Assembly (NCBI GenBank): GCA_009693575.1
Contig: SHWZ01000006.1
Location: 6,523 to 70,522 of the forward strand
DNA: 64,000 bases
Origin: Flavobacteriaceae bacterium
GTDB taxonomy: Bacteria; Bacteroidota; Bacteroidia; UKL13-3
Direction: 5' to 3'
Part shown: piece after piece, positions 42,099-51,437 of the stretch
How positions within the stretch are numbered: the first letter of the stretch is position 1
Layout of the letters: the number at the start of each line of letters is the position of its first letter
The notes under the pieces: generated by a model
Told to the model about the DNA's origin: nothing
The model's input: only the letters and a program-made list of their open reading frames with translations
The model's database searches: none
Program-made: the position numbers and the translations under genes

Positions 42099-42110
42099 TA
42101 AACTAGTAAG

Positions 42111-42365
42111 ATGGCACACAAAAAAGGCGTCGGTTCATCACGAAATGGCCGTGAATCGCACTCAAAAAGACTGGGTGTAAAAATATATGGGGGGCAAATG
42201 GCCTCAGCCGGAAACATCATCGTGCGTCAGCGTGGCACTAAACATCACCCTGGGCAACATGTTGGTATAGGTAAGGATCATACGTTGTTTGCCTTAATAG
42301 ATGGTACGGTAAATTTCAAAAAGAAAGCGGATGACCGCAGCTTCGTTTCCATTCTCCCAAACTGA
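42111..42365 (+). CDS. rpmA: 50S ribosomal protein L27
   Basis: [24 protein letters not shown]…. Confidence 0.95.
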   Translation: MAHKKGVGSSRNGRESHSKRLGVKIYGGQMASAGNIIVRQRGTKHHPGQHVGIGKDHTLFALIDGTVNFKKKADDRSFVSILPN

Positions 42366-42382
42366 TTATTTCATTAAAATTT

Positions 42383-42415
42383 TAATCCCGACTTCGTAAG
42401 AGGCCGGGATTTTTT
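42383..42415 (+). terminator. Rho-independent terminator of rplU-rpmA
   Basis: AATCCCG-(14 nt)-CGGGATTTTTT. Confidence 0.65.
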
Positions 42416-42873
42416 GTTGGGTTAAATGTGAACGCAGAGGCACAACCTGTCCTGCTAGAGTGGGAACCCTTCTTAACATTGGGAAGTTCCAAGTCATCCT
42501 TCGGAAGACTTGAATCAGCAGGGGATTATTGAGTTATTATGAATTCAATTGCTGAAATTTGTTTAAGTTTTGGTTGCGAAAACCCGCCTGCTTACTCATG
42601 CCACTACTCAAATGTTCAGGATGATTTTCAGTCGAAAAACAACAAGGCCAGTCTCAAAACAAGAGCATTCTTTCTTTTTAGTCAGTTTTACATTAACACT
42701 CTTACTTACCTGTTTGTTTCTGAGCCGTTGTGGAAAAGCTATGGATAACGACAGCCAATAACCTATATTTCCCTTTGAAGATGGAAATACCTCCATTGGT
42801 TAATCGGGGCTTTATTTGCTGAAATTCATAGCCTTAGTTTGCTTTCCTAACCCTTTAACAAAAACTAAAAACA

Positions 42874-43308
42874 ATGAACACGAAAACCTTAATCTCGGGC
42901 CTCATTGGAGGCATTGCATTCTTCCTTCTAGGTTACCTCATCTACGGTATGGTGCTGATGGGTATGATGGAAGAACACTGTAGTCAGGCTATGAAAGATA
43001 TGAGCCGAAAAGAAGCTGATTTTGTGTGGTGGGCTTTGATAGTAAGCAACCTACTTGGAGGCTATCTCTTGGCTTTGATATTTTCTTGGTCGAACACCAA
43101 TTCGATGAGCAGCGGAATGAGCAGAGGAGCTATGGTCGGCCTTCTAATGGCATTGATGATGGATCTTCAATTCTACTCTATGACCACCATGTACTCAGAT
43201 ACCACAATTATTTGGATAGATGCCGCTGCCAATGTAGTTATGTGCGGCTTAGTTGGAGCCATCATTGGCTGGTGGAATGGACGAGGAGCTAAACCAGCAG
43301 CAGCTTAA
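42874..43308 (+). CDS. Hypothetical integral membrane protein (144 aa, about 4 TM)
   Basis: Hydrophobic segments alternate with Met/Gly-rich loops. There is no family assignment. Confidence 0.5.
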   Translation: MNTKTLISGLIGGIAFFLLGYLIYGMVLMGMMEEHCSQAMKDMSRKEADFVWWALIVSNLLGGYLLALIFSWSNTNSMSSGMSRGAMVGLLMALMMDLQFYSMTTMYSDTTIIWIDAAANVVMCGLVGAIIGWWNGRGAKPAAA

Positions 43309-43319
43309 TTATATATTCG

Positions 43320-43619
43320 TTAATCGTTTTCAGTTTGGCTCAAACTATACTGAATTATAGAAAAGGGCAGCCGTTGGGTTGCCTTTTTTTTGTTTTTAGC
43401 TAATTCGAGTTGCAAAGAGGCTTGGGTAAGGATATTAGTAGGATTGGAAAAGGTTGTAATGATTGGTTCACCAATGGAGATGTCGGCCTGCCAAGATGGG
43501 TTGGAGAATGTGGCACCAGCAGTGTTAAGCACATACGGGGTAGGGGCTTGGGCAAATGCTGTAGTTGGTGATAACACTAGAACACAGGCAGCAATAATGA
43601 AAGTAGAGAGGTATTTCAT
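43320..43619 (-). CDS. Small hypothetical secreted protein (99 aa)
   Basis: Clear signal peptide MKYLSTFIIAACVLVLSPTTAFAQA. The 3-prime end overlaps a T8 run or plus-strand terminator, so the exact C-terminus is uncertain. Confidence 0.4.
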   Translation of the reverse strand: MKYLSTFIIAACVLVLSPTTAFAQAPTPYVLNTAGATFSNPSWQADISIGEPIITTFSNPTNILTQASLQLELAKNKKKATQRLPFSIIQYSLSQTEND

Positions 43620-43843
43620 GGATTTGGCTTACAATATTAGGAAGTAATTTACCACAATTCGTTAAGTGGTTGGCGGAAACGACAAACCACAGGCAAAATC
43701 CCACGGCGGCCACAAAGCGACAAAGTGCCACCCTCTCGCTTCGGAGAGGGAATGGTGAGGCCATCTGACAATAACGCAAGGCAAAAACAAATCTTCAAAT
43801 CTCCAAATTGGCTCATCTCCAAATCAGCGTAATTTTGCAGCCC

Positions 43844-43861
43844 TCCCGATAGCTATCGGGA
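43844..43861 (+). promoter_or_regulatory. 18-bp perfect palindrome TCCCGATAGCTATCGGGA, 14 nt upstream of the pruA ATG; candidate operator or 5-prime-UTR hairpin
   Basis: Direct reading: the sequence is exactly self-complementary. Confidence 0.5.
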
Positions 43862-43874
43862 TACAACAATTCTT

Positions 43875-45503
43875 ATGAACGGACATTTCAAAATACCCAC
43901 CCCTGTCAACGAACCAATAACCACATTTGCACCCGGCACACCAGAGCGAGCAGCCCTCAAAGCTGCATTGGTCGAAGCCCGCAACCATGTGGAAGACATA
44001 CCAATGTACATCGGAGCAAATGAGGTTCGCACAGGTAAAACCAAAGACCTTTTCCCGCCGCACGATACCGCCCACCAGATAGGCACTTGCCACCGGGGCG
44101 ACAAAACCCATGTGCAGCAGGCCATTGATGCGGCCCTTGCAGCCAAACCAGCTTGGGAAGCCATGCCTTGGGAGCAACGTGCCGCTATTTTTCTAAAAGC
44201 TGCTGAATTGATGGCAGGGCCTTACCGTTACAAATTGTTGGCTGCAACCATGCTTGCCCAAAGCAAAAATGCGTTTCAAGCGGAAATAGATGCAGCTTGC
44301 GAAATGATCGATTTCCTGCGATTTAATGTGGCTTTTATGAGTGAGATATACAACGAACAACCACAGAGCAGCAAAGGCATTTGGAACCGCCTAGAATACC
44401 GCCCGCTGGAAGGTTTTGTGTTCGCGTTGACCCCTTTCAACTTCACGGCCATAGCGGGCAATTTGCCAAGTTCAGCCGCCATGATGGGCAATGTGGTGGT
44501 ATGGAAACCAGCCGACACCCAGATATATTCAGCCAATGTGCTGATGCAGATTTTTCGTGAGGCGGGAGTGCCTGATGGGGTTATCAACTTGGTTTTTGCC
44601 AGTGGTCAGGATATGGGTGATGTTATCTTTAAACACCCGCAGTTTGCCGGTATACATTTCACGGGCAGCACAGGAGTGTTTCAAAACATTTGGAAAGAGA
44701 TTGGCAACAATATCCACTTGTATAAATCATACCCCCGCATTGTAGGCGAAACAGGTGGCAAAGACTTCATCATCGCCCATGAAAGTGCCCAGCCTGAGGT
44801 GCTGAAAACAGCTATCATTCGTGGGGGGTATGAATACCAGGGGCAGAAATGCTCGGCTGCTTCGAGGGTGTATGTTCCATCAAAATTGTGGGCAACAATA
44901 AAGGATGATTTGGTAGCCCAAATAAAAGCCCTAAAAACCGGACCAGTGGAAGACTTCACCAATTTTGTGAATGCGGTCATCAATGAAGCCTCTTTCAACA
45001 AACTGAAAAAGTATATTGACGAAGCCAAAGCCGACCCAACGGTTCAAGTGTTGGCAGGCGGCAACTGCGATAAATCCCAAGGCTATTTCATTGAACCAAC
45101 ACTGATTCTGACCAGCAATCCGATGTCGGTGACCATGTGCGAAGAATTGTTTGGTCCAGTGCTTACAGTATATGTTTACAATGAAAGCGATTGGGAGCAA
45201 ACACTAAAATTGGTTGATAGCACTTCACCATATGCATTGACTGGGGCTGTGTTGGCTCAAGACCGTTACGCCATCACCCAAGCAACGGAAGCCTTGCGAA
45301 ATAGTGCTGGCAACTTCTATATCAACGACAAACCTACTGGTGCAGTAGTCGGTCAGCAGCCATTTGGAGGTGGCAGAGCAAGTGGAACAAATGACAAAGC
45401 TGGTGCAAAGGTGAATCTACTCCGCTGGTGCAGCATGAGGACAATTAAAGAAACGTTTACGCCGCCTTCAAATTATATGTATCCGAATTTTTTGGAGCAA
45501 TAG
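43875..45503 (+). CDS. pruA: L-glutamate gamma-semialdehyde (1-pyrroline-5-carboxylate) dehydrogenase
   Basis: 542 aa. Aldehyde dehydrogenase catalytic region (…ETGGKDF…QGQKCSAASR…) with the P5CDH-type N-terminus. Confidence 0.85.
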   Translation: MNGHFKIPTPVNEPITTFAPGTPERAALKAALVEARNHVEDIPMYIGANEVRTGKTKDLFPPHDTAHQIGTCHRGDKTHVQQAIDAALAAKPAWEAMPWEQRAAIFLKAAELMAGPYRYKLLAATMLAQSKNAFQAEIDAACEMIDFLRFNVAFMSEIYNEQPQSSKGIWNRLEYRPLEGFVFALTPFNFTAIAGNLPSSAAMMGNVVVWKPADTQIYSANVLMQIFREAGVPDGVINLVFASGQDMGDVIFKHPQFAGIHFTGSTGVFQNIWKEIGNNIHLYKSYPRIVGETGGKDFIIAHESAQPEVLKTAIIRGGYEYQGQKCSAASRVYVPSKLWATIKDDLVAQIKALKTGPVEDFTNFVNAVINEASFNKLKKYIDEAKADPTVQVLAGGNCDKSQGYFIEPTLILTSNPMSVTMCEELFGPVLTVYVYNESDWEQTLKLVDSTSPYALTGAVLAQDRYAITQATEALRNSAGNFYINDKPTGAVVGQQPFGGGRASGTNDKAGAKVNLLRWCSMRTIKETFTPPSNYMYPNFLEQ

Positions 45504-45604
45504 CCTTTGCTATTTCATTGTCAACATACCCTGCCAAAAATCATGTTTTGCAAATGGCCTTTCGGATAGTATACTTGCTTACCTTTGCCGCTTAATTAAT
45601 TGTT

Positions 45605-47419
45605 TTGAAAGATTTTGAATCACTGGGGCTAAACCCCGAATTGTTGAAGGCCATTGCAGAAATGGGCTTCGAAACACCTACTCCTATCCAGTCGGCTATC
45701 ATACCGAAATTTATTACTGGAGACCGCGACCTTATTGGCCTCGCACAAACAGGAACAGGCAAAACCGCCGCTTATGGACTTCCGCTGCTCGAGCTCGTTG
45801 ACAGTAGCGAGTACCATACACAAGCTGTTGTGCTTTGCCCTACACGTGAACTTTGCGTACAGATTACGAAAGATCTGACAGCGTATTCCAAGAATATGTC
45901 AAACACGTATATCGTGGCTGTGTATGGCGGAGCAAGCATCCAAGGGCAAATGAAAGACTTGAAACGTGGGGCACACATCATTGTTGCCACACCTGGTCGT
46001 ATCATGGATTTGATGGAACGTAAAGCTGTTAACCTATCGAAGGTTAAATATGCTGTGTTGGATGAAGCCGATGAAATGCTAAAAATGGGCTTCCGTGAAG
46101 ACATTGAGCATATCCTTGGGTTTACACCAAAAGACAAACGCACCTGCCTGTTCAGTGCTACCATGCCCCGTGAGGTGAAACAGATAGTGAACAACTATTT
46201 GAACAACCCTGAGGAGATAAAAATGGCAGCTACGCAAACCACTGCCGAAAATCTGGAGCATGAATACGCTCTCGTGATGGCAAAGGATAAATATGCTGCC
46301 TTGAAACGAGTGCTTGACCACAACCCTGATTTCTACGGGATGGTGTTTTGCACCACCAAAATTGAAACCCAAGACATCAGTGACAAACTGATTCGTGATG
46401 GATACCGTGCCGATTGTCTACATGGTGACCTAAGCCAAAGCCAGCGGGAGAAGACATTGAACAAATTCCGTCATCGTGGCATACAAGTGATGCTGGCTAC
46501 TGACGTGGCTGCTCGTGGTATTGATGTGGAGGGATTGACACATGTTATACATTATCATTTGCCAGATGAGTATGAAAACTACACCCACCGCAGCGGACGT
46601 ACAGCCCGTGCTGGCAAAAGCGGAGTTTCATTTTCTTTGTTGAATGTAAAAGAATTTTTTAAGCTGAGGCATATCGAAAAACTGACAGGCATCCGCTTCA
46701 AGCAAGTGATGATCCCCAGTCCTGCCGAGGTTCGTAACAAGAAACTGTTGGTAGCTGTGGATAGGATTCGCAACACAGAAGTGGACGAAAGCCGCTTTGA
46801 TGCTGAAGTTAAACAAGCTGTGGAATTGTTGAAAGAGTTGGATCATGACGCCTTGGTGAATAAAATCATGGCCTTCGAATTGGAACGTTTCAGTGCTGAA
46901 TACCTGAATAGCCCCGATTTGAACGTGGACAAAAACGGTACTGGAGGTGGCAGCGGCTACGATGTGCTTCACGCCAAAATGTTTGTGAGCCTTGGCAAAA
47001 AAGACGGGTTCGATAGCCAATCGATGAAAGAGTTTGTAGCTGAGAATTGCGGCCTAACAGTGAAAGATATTCTGTTTGCTGATATTGGTGGCGTATATTC
47101 TTTCGTAAAAGTGAAAGACGAACATGCCGACAAAGTATTGAATGCATTGAATGGAGGCACCTATAATGGTCGCCCAGTACGCATAGAAAAAACCGAAGAA
47201 CGTGGTGGTGGTGGTGGCGGAGGAGGATACCGTGGCAAAGGCAAATCATCATTCGCTGACCGCAAAGGCCGCGATGGCGGTGGCGGCTATCAAGGTAGAG
47301 GTGACCGAGGTGGCGACAGAGGCGGCTACGGTGGCAAAAAATCGTATGGCGGTGGTGGCGATAGAGGTGGCTCGCGTGATGGTGGTGGAGGCTGGGGAGG
47401 CAATAAGAAAAAATGGTAA
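45605..47419 (+). CDS. DEAD-box ATP-dependent RNA helicase (DeaD/CsdA-like) with a C-terminal Gly/Arg-rich (RGG) tail; TTG start
   Basis: Q-motif, AQTGTGKT, DEAD, SAT and HRSGRTAR motifs. The C-terminus reads GGGGGGGYRGKG…GGGDRGG…. Confidence 0.85.
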   Translation: MKDFESLGLNPELLKAIAEMGFETPTPIQSAIIPKFITGDRDLIGLAQTGTGKTAAYGLPLLELVDSSEYHTQAVVLCPTRELCVQITKDLTAYSKNMSNTYIVAVYGGASIQGQMKDLKRGAHIIVATPGRIMDLMERKAVNLSKVKYAVLDEADEMLKMGFREDIEHILGFTPKDKRTCLFSATMPREVKQIVNNYLNNPEEIKMAATQTTAENLEHEYALVMAKDKYAALKRVLDHNPDFYGMVFCTTKIETQDISDKLIRDGYRADCLHGDLSQSQREKTLNKFRHRGIQVMLATDVAARGIDVEGLTHVIHYHLPDEYENYTHRSGRTARAGKSGVSFSLLNVKEFFKLRHIEKLTGIRFKQVMIPSPAEVRNKKLLVAVDRIRNTEVDESRFDAEVKQAVELLKELDHDALVNKIMAFELERFSAEYLNSPDLNVDKNGTGGGSGYDVLHAKMFVSLGKKDGFDSQSMKEFVAENCGLTVKDILFADIGGVYSFVKVKDEHADKVLNALNGGTYNGRPVRIEKTEERGGGGGGGGYRGKGKSSFADRKGRDGGGGYQGRGDRGGDRGGYGGKKSYGGGGDRGGSRDGGGGWGGNKKKW

Positions 47420-47525
47420 CGGCGGGATAGCCTTATTATCCTTAGACCTTAATCATGTGAAGGCATTTGCGGTGGTATTATCGATGACCTTTTAGGTCAT
47501 CATGACAAAATAAGCTTTTTCTGTC

Positions 47526-47557
47526 ATGCTGAGGAACGAAGCATCAGCATTTTCTTT
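47526..47557 (+). terminator. Rho-independent terminator of the helicase gene
   Basis: ATGCTGA-(11 nt)-TCAGCAT followed by TTTCTTT. It is preceded by a second hairpin, GATGACC-tttta-GGTCATC. Confidence 0.5.
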
Positions 47558-47610
47558 ACGGTCGAATAAGTGATTTCAAACACCTGACCCCAAACTTCAA
47601 ACATTTTTCT

Positions 47611-48222
47611 ATGAAGATTATATGCATAGGCCGAAATTACAGCGAACATGCCAAAGAACTTGGCAATGCTATCCCTGAAGCCCCTATACTTTTTATCAAA
47701 CCTGACTCTGCCCACATCCGCCCGGGTTATCATTTTTATTATCCTGCATTTAGCAATGACGTACACCACGAACTTGAGTTGGTGTTGAAAATCCAAACGA
47801 TGGGCAAGAATATCCCAAAGCAGTTTGCACACAAATATTATGACGAAATTGGTCTTGGAATTGACTTCACCGCCCGTGATGTGCAAGCTGAGCTCAAGCA
47901 AAAGGGACTGCCTTGGGAAAAAGCCAAAGCCTTTGATGGCTCTGCCGCAATGGGACATTTCGTAACTAAAAAAGAGCTTGGCGATTTGAATGCCATACAG
48001 TTTCATTTGGATGTGAATGGTGAAACAAGACAACGCGGCAACTCTGCCAACATGCTCAATAAGTTTGATTATTTAATAAGTTACATTTCTAATTTCTTCA
48101 CGCTAAAGAAAGGGGACCTTATTTTCACCGGAACTCCTGCAGGGGTTGGCCCAGTAGAAATTGGAGATAGACTCGAAGGATATATTGGTGATAGCAAGTT
48201 GTTGGAGGTCGTCGTAAAATGA
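47611..48222 (+). CDS. Fumarylacetoacetate hydrolase (FAH) family protein
   Basis: MKIICIGRNYSEHAKELGN…PILFIKP…GTPAGVGPV is the typical FAH-fold signature. Confidence 0.8.
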   Translation: MKIICIGRNYSEHAKELGNAIPEAPILFIKPDSAHIRPGYHFYYPAFSNDVHHELELVLKIQTMGKNIPKQFAHKYYDEIGLGIDFTARDVQAELKQKGLPWEKAKAFDGSAAMGHFVTKKELGDLNAIQFHLDVNGETRQRGNSANMLNKFDYLISYISNFFTLKKGDLIFTGTPAGVGPVEIGDRLEGYIGDSKLLEVVVK

Positions 48223-49916
48223 TTTTGAAAATGAGCCAATTTGGAGATTTGAAAATGCAAGCAATGTCAATTAATCCAAATTGGAAAAGGAAGCTATTTA
48301 TTTTATTTCTTCTCACCTTTAAATTACCAAATCTTCAAATCAATACATCGGCTCAGTATTTCCGCAACCCCATTGACAGCCCCATGTACCTCAGTGGCAA
48401 CTTCTGCCAGATACGCGACGGGCATTTTCATTATGGGTTGGATATACCCACCAACAACACCGAAGGCTGGCCAATTAGGGCGGTGGCCGATGGTTTTGTA
48501 AGCCGCATTTTTGTTGCAAGCTATGGTTATGGCAAAGCATTGTTCATCACACACCCAAATGGTTTTACAAGTGTTTATGCTCACCTGCGAAACTTCAACG
48601 AGAAGTTGGATGATTATACCCTTGCCCAACACTACAAACGCCAAAGAAATTCCTTGGATATATTCCCACAAAAGAACTTATTCAAAGTAAAAAAGGGCGA
48701 CATCGTCGCATACAGCGGCAATAGTGGTGGAAGTACAGGGCCACATCTACATTTTGAAATACGGAATGGCAAGAATGAATTGCTAAACCCACAGTACTTC
48801 TTGGATGTGCCTGATACAATACCGCCTGTAATTGGAAAAATAAATGTAAGGTGGAATAAGAATTTTTTATGCTTCGAAGCTGATACTTCCTTATCGGACA
48901 CTTTTTATATTCAATCTGGGAAAATAAAAATTGAAGCTGAAATATATGATAAACTGGTTTTTCCTCATAACAAGATGAACGTAAAAAAATATTCACTGTA
49001 TATAAATAATGAAAAATATTTTGAATGTATTTTCGATAAATATTCATTTAATGAAAACAAATTTGTGAACCTGCATTTTGACTATGATTATTATTGGAAT
49101 AATGGAGTTCGATTGCAAAAACTATTTACTGAAATACTCAACAGATGCGGGTTTTACAAGAATGAAAAGGAAATATTCTTGAAAGAAAATGAATTGCTAA
49201 AATGTGAAATCATTGCAGAAGATTATAAAAATAATATTGCAAGAAAAACTATTTTTTTACGAGGAAGAAATGGAGTAGCAGGAAAAGGCAGACTAACTCT
49301 TTCAAATGATCAAAAAATAATACCTAATAGAAAAAATGTTATTTTTTCACCTGAAAAAAATGTTAAGATTGAAATTCCCTTAGGTGTGTTCAACGATACT
49401 ACTGATATAATTGTGCTAAAAAATTCATTGTATTTTAACACCTACATCTTTGTCGCAAACGACTTTTATCAACCCTTTTTAATTCCACCTACACTATATA
49501 TAAAAAATGAAAAAAAATTATTTGTGAGTGATAGTTCAAAATTACTAATCGCTATTCAAACCACTGACAGCACTTTATCTCCGCTTGGTGGCACGTATGA
49601 AAACGGGTGGGTAAAAACAAAAATTTTCTTACCTGGTGAATATATAATTACAGCAGATACAATTCCCCCCACAATCCAACAAGACTCCACCACCACTACC
49701 TACCTTTCCTTCAAAATAGTTGACGACCTCACAGGCATCGGCTATTACAAAGCTACGATTGACGGTAAGTTTGCCTTGGTTTGCTACGATTCAAAAGCTG
49801 GAAAAATTCATTTCAAGAAAGATAGATTTACACCAAAGGGCAAACATGAATTTAAGTTGGTAGTAGGCGATAAGAAAGAGAATTATGCAACGTGGGAAGG
49901 GGAAATAGAGTTATGA
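48219..49916 (+). CDS. Secreted M23-family metallopeptidase with a roughly 350-aa C-terminal extension; the true start may be the internal Met at about 48264
   Basis: HxxxD (HFHYGLDI), the xAxADGxV region, and SGGSTGPHLHFEIR (HxH) M23 motifs. Signal peptide …KRKLFILFLLTF…SAQ. Its ATG overlaps the FAH stop (ATGA). Confidence 0.8.
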   Translation: MILKMSQFGDLKMQAMSINPNWKRKLFILFLLTFKLPNLQINTSAQYFRNPIDSPMYLSGNFCQIRDGHFHYGLDIPTNNTEGWPIRAVADGFVSRIFVASYGYGKALFITHPNGFTSVYAHLRNFNEKLDDYTLAQHYKRQRNSLDIFPQKNLFKVKKGDIVAYSGNSGGSTGPHLHFEIRNGKNELLNPQYFLDVPDTIPPVIGKINVRWNKNFLCFEADTSLSDTFYIQSGKIKIEAEIYDKLVFPHNKMNVKKYSLYINNEKYFECIFDKYSFNENKFVNLHFDYDYYWNNGVRLQKLFTEILNRCGFYKNEKEIFLKENELLKCEIIAEDYKNNIARKTIFLRGRNGVAGKGRLTLSNDQKIIPNRKNVIFSPEKNVKIEIPLGVFNDTTDIIVLKNSLYFNTYIFVANDFYQPFLIPPTLYIKNEKKLFVSDSSKLLIAIQTTDSTLSPLGGTYENGWVKTKIFLPGEYIITADTIPPTIQQDSTTTTYLSFKIVDDLTGIGYYKATIDGKFALVCYDSKAGKIHFKKDRFTPKGKHEFKLVVGDKKENYATWEGEIEL

Positions 49917-51343
49917 TTTGGAGATGTGATGATGTGATGATGTGGAGATGCTCAAGTTCACGAACTTGTTGGAAAAAACATATCATATTATTTGCCATTA
50001 TCTTCAAATTTCCAAATCTTCAAATCGGTTTGTCAGCTCAAAGCTATACAACAAACTATTTCCGCAGCCCAATAGATAGCCCCATTTATTTAAGTGGAAA
50101 TTTCTGTACGCTCCGCAATGAGCACTTTCATTATGGCATTGATATCACCACGTATGAAAGGGAAGGAATGCCTGTGCTGGCTGCGGCAGATGGCTATGTG
50201 AGTCGAATCAAGGTATGGCCTTATGGATATGGAAAGGCAATATACATTGACCACCCTAATGGCTTCACAACGGTGTATGCCCACTTGAACCGGTTCAATG
50301 ATTTTGTAGGCAAAGCAGTGAAGGATACACAATACAAAAAGGAAAGTTTTGAAGTAGAGTTTTTTCCTGAGCCAGGTGCATGGCCAGTAAAAAAAGGTGA
50401 GCTGATAGCTTACAGCGGCAACAGCGGTGGCAGTAGTGGCCCACATATCCATTTTGAGATACGCCATACCAAGACGGAAGAAATTATCAATCCGCTTTTG
50501 TTTGGACTGAAAGTATTGGATACTATAAAGCCAGAGATAAAAAATGTGGCACTGGTACATTTTGACTATGGACAACCATTCATACACAAAGTATTTACAG
50601 ACACTTTGGATAGTGACACAATTGATTTTCCTGTTGGTGAAACGGGGGTGGAGGCTATCATCAATGATTATACAACTTTTAGGGCTATTATTTTCAATGC
50701 CTACAACATAAGGCTTTTAATAAATTATAGTGAATTAGTTTACAATTGTGCATTCGAGCGATTCCCGTTTGATAAAGCAAAGCAAATAAATAAGCATATT
50801 GATTATGATACATACTGGGACTATGGTTTGCGTTACCAAAAATTATGGATAGACAGTGGAAACACTCTTGGCTTTTACAAAAGTGGAATAGGAAATGGTA
50901 AGTTTATGCTTGACACTGGGGTGATTCTACCAGTTATTATTGGAGCAGCAGATGTTGGATATGGTAATGTTGAAAAAACCTTTTACCTCCGTGGCATTCC
51001 AGATACATTTTCGTGGATAAAAAAAGAACGGATAGTACCACCATTTCGTGTAGGAAAAATTGATTTCAGTCCTCCAACCATCAAACCAACCAACATCAAC
51101 AAAAAAGTAAAAGTAAAAGGCGACTTCATTAACTTTGAAATCAAAGACAAACTCAGCGGCATTGGCAGCTACCGTGGCACACTGGATGGCAAATGGGTAC
51201 TGATGGATTACGATGCCAAGAACGATTGGCTAACATACATATTTGATGAAAACACTCCCAAAGGAAAACTCCTGTTTCACCTAGTTGTTAAAGACAAAAA
51301 GGACAATATGACTGTGTGGAAGAAAGTGATACTAATACCATGA
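49913..51343 (+). CDS. Secreted M23-family metallopeptidase, tandem paralog of 48219..49916; the start may be at about 49937
   Basis: The same motif set (HFHYGIDI, AAADGYV, SGGSSGPHIHFEIRH). The signal peptide …KKHIILFAIIFKF…SAQ is parallel to the upstream paralog. ATGA overlap with the upstream stop. Confidence 0.8.
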   Translation: MIWRCDDVMMWRCSSSRTCWKKHIILFAIIFKFPNLQIGLSAQSYTTNYFRSPIDSPIYLSGNFCTLRNEHFHYGIDITTYEREGMPVLAAADGYVSRIKVWPYGYGKAIYIDHPNGFTTVYAHLNRFNDFVGKAVKDTQYKKESFEVEFFPEPGAWPVKKGELIAYSGNSGGSSGPHIHFEIRHTKTEEIINPLLFGLKVLDTIKPEIKNVALVHFDYGQPFIHKVFTDTLDSDTIDFPVGETGVEAIINDYTTFRAIIFNAYNIRLLINYSELVYNCAFERFPFDKAKQINKHIDYDTYWDYGLRYQKLWIDSGNTLGFYKSGIGNGKFMLDTGVILPVIIGAADVGYGNVEKTFYLRGIPDTFSWIKKERIVPPFRVGKIDFSPPTIKPTNINKKVKVKGDFINFEIKDKLSGIGSYRGTLDGKWVLMDYDAKNDWLTYIFDENTPKGKLLFHLVVKDKKDNMTVWKKVILIP

Positions 51344-51437
51344 AACTAGTTTGTCGGTGTGAGTTTATCGAACGCACGGTTCTCATTTGTCAATGCTTCG
51401 ATTAAACTCTGACTGACAGATAAACCATCAAAAAACA

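Noticed and set aside
43824-44177. Minus-strand ORFs overlapping the pruA 5-prime end
   Set aside because: They overlap the strongly conserved P5CDH gene on the opposite strand and are Ser/Ala/Arg-rich shadows of a GC-richer coding region.
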